A stretch of DNA of 64,000 nt, taken from contig CAMQZF010000001.1 in assembly GCA_947039525.1 (NCBI GenBank), positions 185-64,184 on the forward strand. Direction: 5' to 3'. The position numbers were made by a program, and so were the translations under genes. Source of the DNA: an uncultured Photobacterium sp. (GTDB lineage: Bacteria > Pseudomonadota > Gammaproteobacteria > Enterobacterales > Vibrionaceae). Under the pieces are notes generated by a model. That model worked only from the letters and a program-made list of their open reading frames with translations. It was not told the DNA's origin and ran no database searches. Numbering within the stretch: position 1 is the first letter of the stretch; each line of letters opens with the position of its first letter. Positions 19,230-29,377 of the stretch are shown one piece after another.

Positions 19230-20555
19230 ATGTCTGAATCCCCTAATGATGATTCTTCGTCGGAACTGCTTTCCAAAAAACATATTGGTATTTTTGGTGT
19301 TGCATCACTTGGCATCGGCAGTATGGTCGGTGCGGGTGTCTTTGCGCTGTTGGGGCAAGTCGCGCTGGATGTTCGAGGGGAAACGTGGCTGGTCTTTTTA
19401 GTCAGTGGTATTTCAGCCTTGTTTTCTGGGTATTCCTATGCTCGTTTGAGTGCGCATTACCCTAGTCGTGGTGGTGTGACGGATTTTTTCCGTGTTGGCT
19501 TTTCTCAGCCTAGAGTTGAGCGATCATTAGCCATTTTGTATATGGTGACCATTGTCATCACCCTTGCGCTGATTGCGAAAGCGTTTGGGGCGTATTGTGC
19601 GCATGTTTTGCATCAATCCATTGATTCTAATTGGGTTAATCTTTATGCCAGTGTCATTTTACTGGTACTTACCGTGGTGAATTTGATGGGCTCGAAAGTG
19701 GTTGGGCGCGTTGAATTAGTCTTAGTGACGGTTAAGCTGTTAATTCTTTTTGTCTTTATCTTTGTGGGTGCCGCGACGCTGAAACCTGACATGTTATCGA
19801 TGCATGATGAAATACATTTTTCTTCTTTCTTCTCTGCAATGGGGTTGGCTTTTTTTGCGTATTCGGGGTACGGGTTAATGGCAAGCGCCGCTGCTGATGT
19901 TGAGGATCCTGAGCGTGATATGCCACGTGCTTTCATGTTGGCGATTGGCTTTGTGATGTTTTTATATATTGTTTTGTCCTTTGTAGTACTCGGTAATGTC
20001 ACGGCAGAAGCATTAGTAGAATATTCAGATACTGCTGTGGCTCAAGCTGCTGAGCCTATTTTAGGAACGTTTGGCTTTGTGATGGTATCGATTGCGGCAT
20101 TAGTGGCAACCGCATCGTCAATTACTGCGAATATTTTCTCTATTGTCAATGTGACGAAAGAAATGGGCGCCATTGGGACGCTACCGAATATTTTTTGTCG
20201 TCGTGTTGGCATGGGGGGCGGTACACAAGGCTTGTATGTGTTATTGGTTGTGATTCTTTTTCTGACTAATTTTTTGAATTTAAGTGCGATTGCTGATGTC
20301 GCGAGTGCGACTTTTTTGATGTGCTATTTGGCGGTGTTTATTTCCTCGTGGCGCGTGCGACATGAGATTCACGCTAAAAGTTGGATTTTAGCTTGTGGAT
20401 TTATTCTGATGATGCTTATTTTTATCATGTTTCTTGGCAGCATGGTGACGAGTCAAAAATGGGTGGAATTGGGTATTTTGTGTTTGGCCGTGTTAGCGAG
20501 TGTTGCAATGGGGTGGAAGTTGCACCCCATTGATGCCGTTGAAAAAATAAAATGA
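19230..20555 (+). CDS. APC family amino acid permease
   Basis: GSMVGAGVF, YARLSAHYPSRGG, FFAYSGY, DPERDMPRA; ~12 TM. Confidence 0.92.
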   Translation: MSESPNDDSSSELLSKKHIGIFGVASLGIGSMVGAGVFALLGQVALDVRGETWLVFLVSGISALFSGYSYARLSAHYPSRGGVTDFFRVGFSQPRVERSLAILYMVTIVITLALIAKAFGAYCAHVLHQSIDSNWVNLYASVILLVLTVVNLMGSKVVGRVELVLVTVKLLILFVFIFVGAATLKPDMLSMHDEIHFSSFFSAMGLAFFAYSGYGLMASAAADVEDPERDMPRAFMLAIGFVMFLYIVLSFVVLGNVTAEALVEYSDTAVAQAAEPILGTFGFVMVSIAALVATASSITANIFSIVNVTKEMGAIGTLPNIFCRRVGMGGGTQGLYVLLVVILFLTNFLNLSAIADVASATFLMCYLAVFISSWRVRHEIHAKSWILACGFILMMLIFIMFLGSMVTSQKWVELGILCLAVLASVAMGWKLHPIDAVEKIK

Positions 20556-20562
20556 CAAATAA

Positions 20563-22407
20563 TTACCAAGCCCAACGAGAGAACGCATTTTGTAGGAAAT
20601 GAATAAATTGAGACAACTGTTGGTTTTGTTCTGGAGTGAGTATGGGCACCTCAATGGTAATCGTGTTGCTTTGTGATGTTGCCCCACCTTGGAGTTGTAG
20701 CGTAAATCCAGATTCTGATTCAGGTGATGTCGATAATACTTCTTCAGGCGTTTCTGGAGGAGGCTCTGGTGTTGTGAGTTTATCGTTTAACAATAAGGCG
20801 ATTTGTTCGCTGGTGGATGGGACGATCAATTCACTGTCTACCATGACTTTAGAGAGTTGTTCCGCCATCTGTTTTAGAATATCTGGATCATCGGCTAAAT
20901 ACTCATCAAATCGATTCGATTCAAAAACTAAGTCATTTTGACGATCTATAAACCAAGGTTTTCGTTCTAAGCCCCAATCATCATTCGATAATGTCCAATC
21001 TTGTGAATAATGTAAGCCAAATTCTTGGGTGATAATACCTTCATAGGCTGGGGTTTGACGCGGAGCGTTACTGTAAGTGGTCAACAGCGCGTAATTTTTT
21101 CATGTTTGGCAAGCATCGCCTTGCTCAAGTAGTTTTGTAAAACTGTTGCCTTGCATGTGTTTACGATCTTCTTCGGGCACTTTGTGTGTGACATTAGTGA
21201 GTTCGAATAAAGTGCTTAATATATCGACATGACTCGTTACTTGATTGATGACGTGTGGGCGACGCCATTTGCGGGAAAACCTATGTTTTTGAGAGGGGCG
21301 AATGACAAGAGGAACGCGTGCAGCCCGATCGAAGAAACAACCTTTGAACATGCGCTGATGTTCTTGCCATAACATCCCGTGATCGGAGGTAAAAATAATC
21401 ACAGTATTTTTCAGTTCCCTCATCTTTTTGAGTTGCTTGATTAATTGTTTGAACTGTATATCAATCAAACGTGACATGTCTAAATAGCGCGCTTTATCCA
21501 CTTGTACATCACCAGTTTCCATTTTCCCAGGAAAGGCTTCGTATTCATTTTCAATGGTGGGCATATCATTAGGATTAAAGTGTTCTGCTTGTTCGTGAAT
21601 ACGGAATGGGCTATGAGGATCAGGAATGGAGACGACAGCACACCAAGGTGATGTCGGGTTATTTTGCTTCATTCGTTTTATCCAACTTCCGGCTTCATCG
21701 AATAAAACATTCGTGGTGTACTCTTCCCATTTTTGAGGGAATTTATCAAAAATCAGCTCTTCGTATTGATCTAGATGAATATTTTTCCAATGTCCTTGAT
21801 TAAAAAAATAGCGATAGTAGTTAATGCCTAATGTTTGAGCATCAAATGCATGAAGTAACTCGGGAGAATCTGGAACATTTAGGTGCCATTTTCTTAAATA
21901 CGCCGTTTTATAACCAATGTATTGGTAAATTTTCATTAACGTTTTATGTGTACCATTAAGAGGTACTTTATTCTGAATAGCCCCATTTTTATGAGGATAG
22001 GTGCCTGTAAATAAGGCGGCACGTGATGGGGTACAAACTTGTGAATTACAGAAGTGATTCAGAAAAACATGACTGCCTTTCATAAACTTTTGTGTTAAAT
22101 AGGGGCTAGCGTCTTGGAAAAGATCAAGGTGCTCATAATCAGCATTACCCAATTGATTGTGGTTTCTTAACATGTCGTCGTAACCACGACCTAGAGTCCA
22201 TGTGGTTTGTTGATCCGTGAGAATGATTAAGACATTGGGGTGTTTCTTTTTAAGCGAAGGTTTTTGTCGAGATTTGCGTGCTGAGCTTTTTTTATGATCA
22301 GAAAAGACAGTGGCTAAACTTGGCATTGGCAACAAGCTCGCACTTGCACCGACCGCTAAAGTCGTCACGAAAGATCGGCGATTCATCTTTGGTTGACTCA
22401 TGGACAC
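20563..22407 (-). pseudogene. Tat-exported sulfatase interrupted by one in-frame TGA (21100-21102)
   Basis: NRRSFV Tat signal, PNVLIILTDQ, CTPSRAALFTG, DPHSP, FTSDHG; ORF 20563-21084 is in the same frame and reads as a sulfatase C-terminus. Confidence 0.75.
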
Positions 22408-22544
22408 GCTCTTACACGTTCAATTCTGCTGATAGTTTTATTTATAGTTGTCTTTTTTCAAGAACGAAAGAAACCTCGTTAGAGAAAACGCGTGAGATAA
22501 GGCGAATTAACGCCTTAATTAGGACGTTATTGTTTGTTTAGGTA

Positions 22545-23036
22545 TTAATTTTTTAAATGATACGGTGCATCATAATTAATATCCGATAACCCACCTGCAA
22601 AATACGGTCCAAAATACAGTGTACTGCCTTCGAGTCGGTAAACAAGTTCACGTGAAAATGCCGTAAATTGATTAGAGACTGGGGTTCCAGAGTCAAATCG
22701 TAAATCGAGTCGCGTGGCAGGAGCGCCATCTAATTCGGTAACGTTATCCCCAACAGTATAGCGTCCTGTGTATTTGACGGTATTTTCAGGGGTAATTGCG
22801 TGTGTACAGGCTTCATCTTTATAAATCATGGAGGTTAAAGAAAACTCCCCTAATGAAAAATGGTAAGTGGCTTTTTGATAAGGTCCTTTTATGGTGACCG
22901 TTTTGGGGGAAGTATTCGTGATACAGTCTGAAACCCAAGTACCATCCACTTCGGCTATGATCTCGTCTTGATCGTTATGGCAGGCATTTAACGTAATGAG
23001 GCTGGCGACTCCAAATAAGAGATGGGATATTTTCAT
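22545..23036 (-). CDS. putative lipoprotein
   Basis: lipobox LNAC after hydrophobic signal; GTWVSDC; beta-rich. Confidence 0.75.
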   Translation of the reverse strand: MKISHLLFGVASLITLNACHNDQDEIIAEVDGTWVSDCITNTSPKTVTIKGPYQKATYHFSLGEFSLTSMIYKDEACTHAITPENTVKYTGRYTVGDNVTELDGAPATRLDLRFDSGTPVSNQFTAFSRELVYRLEGSTLYFGPYFAGGLSDINYDAPYHLKN

Positions 23037-23160
23037 TGAACAAGATTCCTTCGGTAACGTGCCGATAATTAAGGCTATTGTTCAATGTAGAAGAGCTTGT
23101 TACGCATCTCTGATGCGTAATTGAGAAATGCCAGCAATACGGAAGGTTACGCGATAATAG

Positions 23161-23181
23161 GCTGCGATATAAGATCGCAGC
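23161..23181 (-). terminator. hairpin downstream of dusC
   Basis: GCTGCGAT-ATAAG-ATCGCAGC; second hairpin TTACGCATC/GATGCGTAA at 23100-23120. Confidence 0.4.
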
Positions 23182-23187
23182 AAGATA

Positions 23188-24147
23188 TTAGTTCGTTGCT
23201 TTTTGCAATTCATTGTGTGCATTTTGCAAGTGCTCAACGATGGGAGCGGCTTTATTAAAACGACGGATATCATGAAACAAAGTTTGTGCTTCAGGATATT
23301 CGTGACGTAAGTAAGCAAACCATTGTTTGATGCGATTTGGGTAATATAACCCCTTATCGCCTTTGATTTCATATTGTGAGTATTTCAGCATCAATGCCAC
23401 AACAGTTGGCCATGACCAATGATCTTCGTTGTATTTCACAACATTGCCTAAATTTGGCAAATTCAATGCGCCGCGACATACCATCAGATCATCAGCTTGT
23501 GTTGCGTTAAGGCACGCTTGTCCGCTGGTATAATCCCACACTTCACCGTTAGCTATGATGGGTATTGAGATGGATTTTTTGAGTTGAGCCAAATAATCCC
23601 ATTTGATGTTTTCTGCACGATATCCATCTTCTTTGGTGCGAGCATGAATCGTAATTTCATTTGCTCCGGCTTGTTGGACGGCGTCGGCAATTTCAAAGCA
23701 TTGATTGGGATCATCCCAGCCGAGTCGAATTTTCGCACTGACAATTTGTTCTGGATGAACCGCTTCACGAACGGCTTTGATGATGTCGTGTAAGGTTTGT
23801 GGATCTTGCAATAAAATCGCGCCGCCTCGGCTTTTATTCACCGCTTTTGCGGGACAACCAAAGTTTAAATCTACACCTTGAGATCCAAGGGCAATGGCTC
23901 GGCGCGCATTGACGGCCATCCAGTGAGGGTCTTGCCCCAGAAGTTGAACGCGAACAGGGGTTTTAGCGGTCGTGAATCCCCCTTGATGAAGTTCAGGGCA
24001 AAGACGATGAAAAACAGTCTCGGGTAAGAGTTGGTCGATGATGCGAATGAATTCGGTAACGCATAAATCGTAATCGTTGATGGTGGTTAGCATGTCACGC
24101 ATCAAATGATCCAAGACACCTTCCATTGGACCTAAAATTATTCGCAT
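23188..24147 (-). CDS. dusC: tRNA-dihydrouridine(16) synthase
   Basis: GPMEGVLD, VTEFIRI, DLNFGCP, IHARTK, IANGE. Confidence 0.93.
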   Translation of the reverse strand: MRIILGPMEGVLDHLMRDMLTTINDYDLCVTEFIRIIDQLLPETVFHRLCPELHQGGFTTAKTPVRVQLLGQDPHWMAVNARRAIALGSQGVDLNFGCPAKAVNKSRGGAILLQDPQTLHDIIKAVREAVHPEQIVSAKIRLGWDDPNQCFEIADAVQQAGANEITIHARTKEDGYRAENIKWDYLAQLKKSISIPIIANGEVWDYTSGQACLNATQADDLMVCRGALNLPNLGNVVKYNEDHWSWPTVVALMLKYSQYEIKGDKGLYYPNRIKQWFAYLRHEYPEAQTLFHDIRRFNKAAPIVEHLQNAHNELQKATN

Positions 24148-24209
24148 GAGTTCTCACTGGTTGACGGTTTTAAAGGCGCTGATTGTAGTGAAGAACTATG
24201 GCGTTGTCA

Positions 24210-24917
24210 TTATTGAACGAGATCTTCTGTTTTGGTATTTTGATGAAGCTGTTTATTGGTTATGGTGGTAACGATTGGAGACGTTGATGGCGTAAAAGAT
24301 AAACTGGCTTGATGCATATGTTTGGCGACCATTTCTGCTTCAATGGGGGTAATTGATTGCAGTTTTCCTAATAATATTGGTTTAATGTGCATCCAAATCG
24401 ATTGAACGATTTTTTCATTAGTCCGAGATTGGGTTCTGTCACCAAGTAAGGCACTGGGACGAACAATAATTAACTGTTCAAAGTGCAGTTGTTCTAATTG
24501 TTTTTCCATCATGCCTTTACAACGTAAGTAGTGTGATAATGAACGAGGATGTGCGCCCATGCTGGATACTACAGTTAAGCAGCGTACATCACGTTGCTTC
24601 ATTTGTTTAGCGACATGAAGAACTAAATCAACATCAATGGCTTTCAGTTGCTCGGCACTACCGGCTTGTTTTCGTGTTGATCCTAAGCAGATATAACCAA
24701 ATTCGATGGATGAAGCGTGTTCTTCTGTGGGTAAGGATAAATGAGGGTCTTGATATTGAATGAGTTTTTTACTGTGATAGGGAATATGTTGGCGATTAAT
24801 ACTTTCAATCCTTTGGCATTGTTTATCATGTAAAAGGCACTGAAGTAGCTCATTTCCAATTAGACCACTGGCACCTGCAATGATAGCCGAATAACAGGAT
24901 GGACTCATAATCTGCAC
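24210..24917 (-). CDS. NAD(P)-binding oxidoreductase (YraR/TIP30-like)
   Basis: GASGLIG, CLGSTRKQAGS, VSSMGA, RPSALLGDR. Confidence 0.82.
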   Translation of the reverse strand: MQIMSPSCYSAIIAGASGLIGNELLQCLLHDKQCQRIESINRQHIPYHSKKLIQYQDPHLSLPTEEHASSIEFGYICLGSTRKQAGSAEQLKAIDVDLVLHVAKQMKQRDVRCLTVVSSMGAHPRSLSHYLRCKGMMEKQLEQLHFEQLIIVRPSALLGDRTQSRTNEKIVQSIWMHIKPILLGKLQSITPIEAEMVAKHMHQASLSFTPSTSPIVTTITNKQLHQNTKTEDLVQ

Positions 24918-25094
24918 TCTCTGTCGAAATAAGCCGATATTTCGCCTTATTTTTGCTCATTTATCAATGTATAAGTTTGTTTTTTAAGATGTGCTAGAAA
25001 AAATAAGGTGTGACTTATTATTCTTCCTACTGGTGCTTGAGATTCAGACCGCTATACTGCCTCCCATTCTGTTTTCTGTGATATTGGAATCTTT

Positions 25095-25745
25095 ATGAAT
25101 TTATTTTCTTTGCCTACTGATTGGACTGGTATGTCTGCGTTTTTTATTGAAGGGGCATTGTTAGCTGCAAATGCGAATCCTAAGCCTATGGAGCCAGAGC
25201 AATGGTTACCCGTGCTTATCACAGGAGGCGTTGAAGAATTAACGACTTCTTTTCCTGAAGAGGCAAAAAATGCCTTATTGGTGCATTTTGAGCAACAATA
25301 CCGTGATTTTCAGTTAGGGCAATATTGTTTACCAACTCAGTTACAATATACAACAGAGCAGGGTATTACTGAGGCGCTATCGGAATTTGCTGAAGGCTTT
25401 TTGACGGTATGGCCTTATATTGCTCCGGCTTGGGATGAGTGTGTGATGAATGATGGGACAGCTCGTATGCTGTCGGCATTATTGACGACGTTTATGTTGC
25501 TGGTGGATGAGCAAGGGACGTTACAAGAGATGGAAGAAGCACACATTTCACCTTTGCCTGATCCTAATTCTTTGTATTCACAATTGGATGTGATGTTAAC
25601 TGAAGTGATCATGGCGGCTGATGCGTTTCAACAAGGAGAGAAAGCACAAGCATTCAACCCTTATAAAAATGTTGGACGTAATGATCCTTGTGTGTGCGGA
25701 AGTGGGAAAAAGTTTAAGCAGTGCTGTGGTGGTGCTGAGCACTAA
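25095..25745 (+). CDS. YecA/UPF0149-like protein with C-terminal SEC-C motif
   Basis: PEQWLP; [19 protein letters not shown]. Confidence 0.85.
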   Translation: MNLFSLPTDWTGMSAFFIEGALLAANANPKPMEPEQWLPVLITGGVEELTTSFPEEAKNALLVHFEQQYRDFQLGQYCLPTQLQYTTEQGITEALSEFAEGFLTVWPYIAPAWDECVMNDGTARMLSALLTTFMLLVDEQGTLQEMEEAHISPLPDPNSLYSQLDVMLTEVIMAADAFQQGEKAQAFNPYKNVGRNDPCVCGSGKKFKQCCGGAEH

Positions 25746-25753
25746 AATTTAAT

Positions 25754-25783
25754 AAAAAAGCCGACTTTATTGTCGGCTTTTTT
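25754..25783. terminator. bidirectional intrinsic terminator
   Basis: AAAAAAGCCGAC...GTCGGCTTTTTT. Confidence 0.85.
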
Positions 25784-25787
25784 GTGT

Positions 25788-26306
25788 TTAATTGCTTTTT
25801 TTCGAAAAAAACTGAGATAGAAGGAAGATGAAACAAGTTACGACATAAGCAAAAAAGATAATGACTAGCCATTGCGTCATCGATAGGCTTAAGAAGGACC
25901 AAACAATTTTGCTGCAATCACCAGTCGCATCAAACATCCAAGGTGCCCATTGATTCAATGGCGCCCAACTTGGAAATTGCACAAATAAATCACAGGTTGG
26001 ACCCCATGGCGAGGTGTCGACTTGGAAAATATAATGTTGGTAAGTAAGTAAAAGTCCCTCAACCGCACAATATCCCCAGCCTAATAAACCAATCCAGCGC
26101 AATATTGCGTTCTTGGGGGCCAGTAATCCAATAATGGCAGCACCGCCGATGCCGAGCAATGCGACTCGTTCATAAATACACATGACGCACGGTTCTAATT
26201 TCATTACATGTTGAAAAAATAGGGCTGTGCCTTCTAAAGCCAATACTGAAAGTAAAAGGAGTAACCAAGCAAGTCGGGTTTTAGAAAAGTTTGATAAATA
26301 TGACAT
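25788..26306 (-). CDS. dsbB: disulfide bond formation protein B
   Basis: PCVMCIYER, TCD...ATGDCS; downstream of nhaB. Confidence 0.95.
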   Translation of the reverse strand: MSYLSNFSKTRLAWLLLLLSVLALEGTALFFQHVMKLEPCVMCIYERVALLGIGGAAIIGLLAPKNAILRWIGLLGWGYCAVEGLLLTYQHYIFQVDTSPWGPTCDLFVQFPSWAPLNQWAPWMFDATGDCSKIVWSFLSLSMTQWLVIIFFAYVVTCFIFLLSQFFSKKSN

Positions 26307-26332
26307 GACAGTCTCTGGTTCAAAGTAAATAA

Positions 26333-26355
26333 AAGGCTCTGAACTTCAGAGCCTT
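26333..26355 (-). terminator. hairpin between nhaB and dsbB
   Basis: AAGGCTCTGAA-C-TTCAGAGCCTT with U-tract on minus strand. Confidence 0.65.
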
Positions 26356-26393
26356 ATTCATAATTGCTTCTCTATGATTAATGAAAGATGACA

Positions 26394-27987
26394 TTAATGT
26401 CCAGATGAGATCCCATTTTCTGTCGTAATTGCAGGCGCATGATGTGATAACCAGCCCATTTCATAGAACCATTCTGTCATTGGGACTAAAAAGTATTCAA
26501 TACCAATGAAGCCTAAAATGGCTAACACTATGGTGTAAGGCAGTGCCATAAAGACCATGCGACCATAAGATAAACGAATTAATGGGGCTAATGCTGAGGT
26601 TAATACAAATAGGAATGCGGCTTGTCCATTCGGTGTCGCCACTGACGGTAAGTTTGTGCCTGTATTAATCGCCACAGCCAATAAATCGAATTGGTCACGG
26701 GTTAATACTCCTTGATCTAAGGCGCTTTTGACTTCGTTGATGTAGACAGTTCCGACAAAGACGTTATCAGACACCATGGAAAGCAAGCCATTTGCGATGT
26801 AGAACATGGACAGTTGAGCACTGCCTTCTAACTGTAATACCCAAGCGATGATAGGAGAAAACAGTTGTTGGTCAATGATTACGGCGACCACTGAAAAGAA
26901 AACTGCCAATAATGCCGTGAAAGGCAGTGCCTCTTCAAAGGCTTTACCTAATGCGTGTTCTTCAGTAATACCGGTAAATGAAGTCGCTAAAATAATGACA
27001 CTTAAGCCGATCAAACCAACGGCTGCTAGATGAAAAGCAAGTCCTAAGATTAACCACAATGCAATGACGACTTGGACATACAATTTGGCATAATCTAGAT
27101 TTGTACGGTTTTTACGTTGTTCATCATCGAACTCTTGTAAAATTTCACGTACATTTTGTGGTAGCTGTGAGCCGTAGCCGAAGATTTTGAATTTTTCGAC
27201 ACAAACTGTTGTGATTAATCCTGCAAAAAATACAGGTAAGGTTACAGGGAGCATGCGTAAGATAAACTCACCAAATTGCCATCCAGCTTGATTCGCGATG
27301 ATTAAGTTTTGCGGTTCACCCACCATGGTCATCACACCGCCTAATGCTGTACCTACACCGGCATGCATTAATAAGCTGCGCAAAAACGCTCGGTAATCTT
27401 CCAAATCTTGGCGACTTAATTCGTGAACGTGATGATCGGAAGTATGGTCATGATTCCCGTGAGGATCTTGTCCAGAAGCGACTTTATGATAAATGCTGTA
27501 GAAACCGATGGTTACGCTGATCACTACTGCGATAACGGTTAAGGCATCCAGAAATGCAGAAAGAAAAGCAGCCATGACACAGAAGGCGAGAGAAAGTAAA
27601 ATTTTAGAACGAATACCAATCAAGATTTTAGTGAAGATATACAGCAGCAATTGTTTCATGAAGTAGATTCCGGCTACCATGAAAATCAATAACAACAAGA
27701 CTTCAATATTTGCAATGAGTTCGTGCTTTACTTGATCAGCACTTGTCATGCCAATGGCTACAGCTTCTAAGGACTAATAGTCCACCGGGTTGTAAGGGGT
27801 AACACTTTAATGCCATGGCTAAGGTGAAAATGAATTCAACTATTAATAACCAACCCGCAGTAAAAGGGTCAATAAAAAAGAAAACCAATGGGTTGATGAT
27901 TAAAAAGCTAATGATGGCGACTTTATACCAGTCAGGGGCTTTTCCTAAAAAGTTTTTAACTAAAGCGTTCCCTAGCGAAATAGCCAT
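26394..27987 (-). pseudogene. nhaB: Na+/H+ antiporter NhaB split by a +1 frameshift near 27772
   Basis: [11 protein letters not shown]...[12 protein letters not shown] in one frame, [10 protein letters not shown]...GEPQN...SDNVFVG in the next. Confidence 0.88.
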
Positions 27988-28495
27988 GTAGAAATCTCTT
28001 CCAGTGAGTGAATAGGCTGAGTCATCAACACTATCTATCGGGCGGCAGAACAAAATTCTTGTCTGATACCGAATAAACCAACGTTAAGCTAAGAATTAAA
28101 CTAAAGAGAAACGATTAGCTTAAAGGAAGTTTGGCAATTGAGTGATGCAGTACTTTATTGTGTGAATAATTTACAAGTAAGAAGAAAATAGATCAAACAA
28201 TGTTGATATATTGTGTTGTTTTTGTGTTTATTTCATGACTGTTCGTGATGAAAGTGGTAATTAAATAACAAGGTTCGGTATGATAGGGCGTAAAATAGTG
28301 ATGATGTGTTAAGGCGTTTCTTGAAAAACCAGTTTATTGTTTCTTGATGTGTTATTGGTACAGCAACATTTTATCAAACTTTAATCTAGTGGTATGATGA
28401 GTTTCGCATTTTCGCATGAATGAGTCTGATGTCTGCTTATTGGTATACAGTCTTCATTGCAAAATATAATAAAAGCAAATTGGAATACGATCTCG

Positions 28496-29347
28496 ATGGT
28501 GATTAAGGCAGATAGCCCAGCGACATTCGCTGAGAAGTATATTATTGAAAGTATTTGGAATGATCATTTTCCACAAGGTTCAATTTTACCCGCTGAGCGA
28601 GAGCTTTCTGAACTGATTGGCGTAACTCGTACAACGTTACGTGAAGTGTTACAGCGTCTGGCTCGAGATGGTTGGTTAACCATTCAACATGGTAAGCCAA
28701 CACGTGTAAATAATTACATGGAAACCTCGGGATTAAACATCTTAGACACCTTAATTACATTAGATGGTCAAGATGTGCAGCGAGTATTAGCTGATTTGTT
28801 ATCAGCTCGAACGGATATTAGCTGTATTTATATGCGCTATGCGGTAAAAGGTAACAGTGAAAAATCCAGCTTATTGCTTGAATCCGTGATTGAATCTTGT
28901 GAGCGTTTATTATCAGCAAAAAGTTTTGCTGATTTTTTAGAACAATCACCAGAGAAACTTGCCTTACAACAAGAAGTTAAGAAGATCGTTGATAAATATG
29001 GCAAAGACGATCCTGAATTGTGTGAGGCCATTTGTCGAGCACGAGCATTTAATCATTTTGATTATCGTATGTTCCAAGGTTTAGCTGCTAAGTCAGGTAA
29101 TACCTTATATGGGCTTACGATTAATGGTTTGAAGAAAATTTATACTCGAGTTGGTGGGTATTATTTTATGAATTTAGATGCTTGTCAGTTGGCGTTGGAT
29201 TTTTATCGTGATATGAAAAACTATTGTGATTTAAATCAAGTGGATAAAGTGCAAGATCGTATCAGGAAGTATGGTCGAGATAGTGGGTTGATATGGTATA
29301 CACACCGTGAAAAAATCACTCATTATTTGCATGAAGAAGAACAATAA
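28496..29347 (+). CDS. fadR: fatty acid metabolism regulator FadR (long Vibrionaceae-type)
   Basis: [44 protein letters not shown]; divergent from nhaB. Confidence 0.96.
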   Translation: MVIKADSPATFAEKYIIESIWNDHFPQGSILPAERELSELIGVTRTTLREVLQRLARDGWLTIQHGKPTRVNNYMETSGLNILDTLITLDGQDVQRVLADLLSARTDISCIYMRYAVKGNSEKSSLLLESVIESCERLLSAKSFADFLEQSPEKLALQQEVKKIVDKYGKDDPELCEAICRARAFNHFDYRMFQGLAAKSGNTLYGLTINGLKKIYTRVGGYYFMNLDACQLALDFYRDMKNYCDLNQVDKVQDRIRKYGRDSGLIWYTHREKITHYLHEEEQ

Positions 29348-29373
29348 AAAAGCTGCCTTTAGGCAGCTTTTTT
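29346..29373. terminator. bidirectional intrinsic terminator
   Basis: AAAAAAGCTGCCT-TT-AGGCAGCTTTTTT. Confidence 0.85.
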
Positions 29374-29377
29374 ATTG

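Noticed and set aside
19129-19401. 90-aa ORF overlapping the permease start
   Set aside because: Out-of-frame overlap with a well-supported gene, no RBS and no motifs.
20563-21084. 173-aa 'hypothetical protein' as an independent gene
   Set aside because: TTG start without an RBS, and in frame with the upstream sulfatase; better read as its C-terminus.
23100-23372. 90-aa ORF overlapping the dusC 3' end
   Set aside because: Alternate-frame shadow with no recognisable features.
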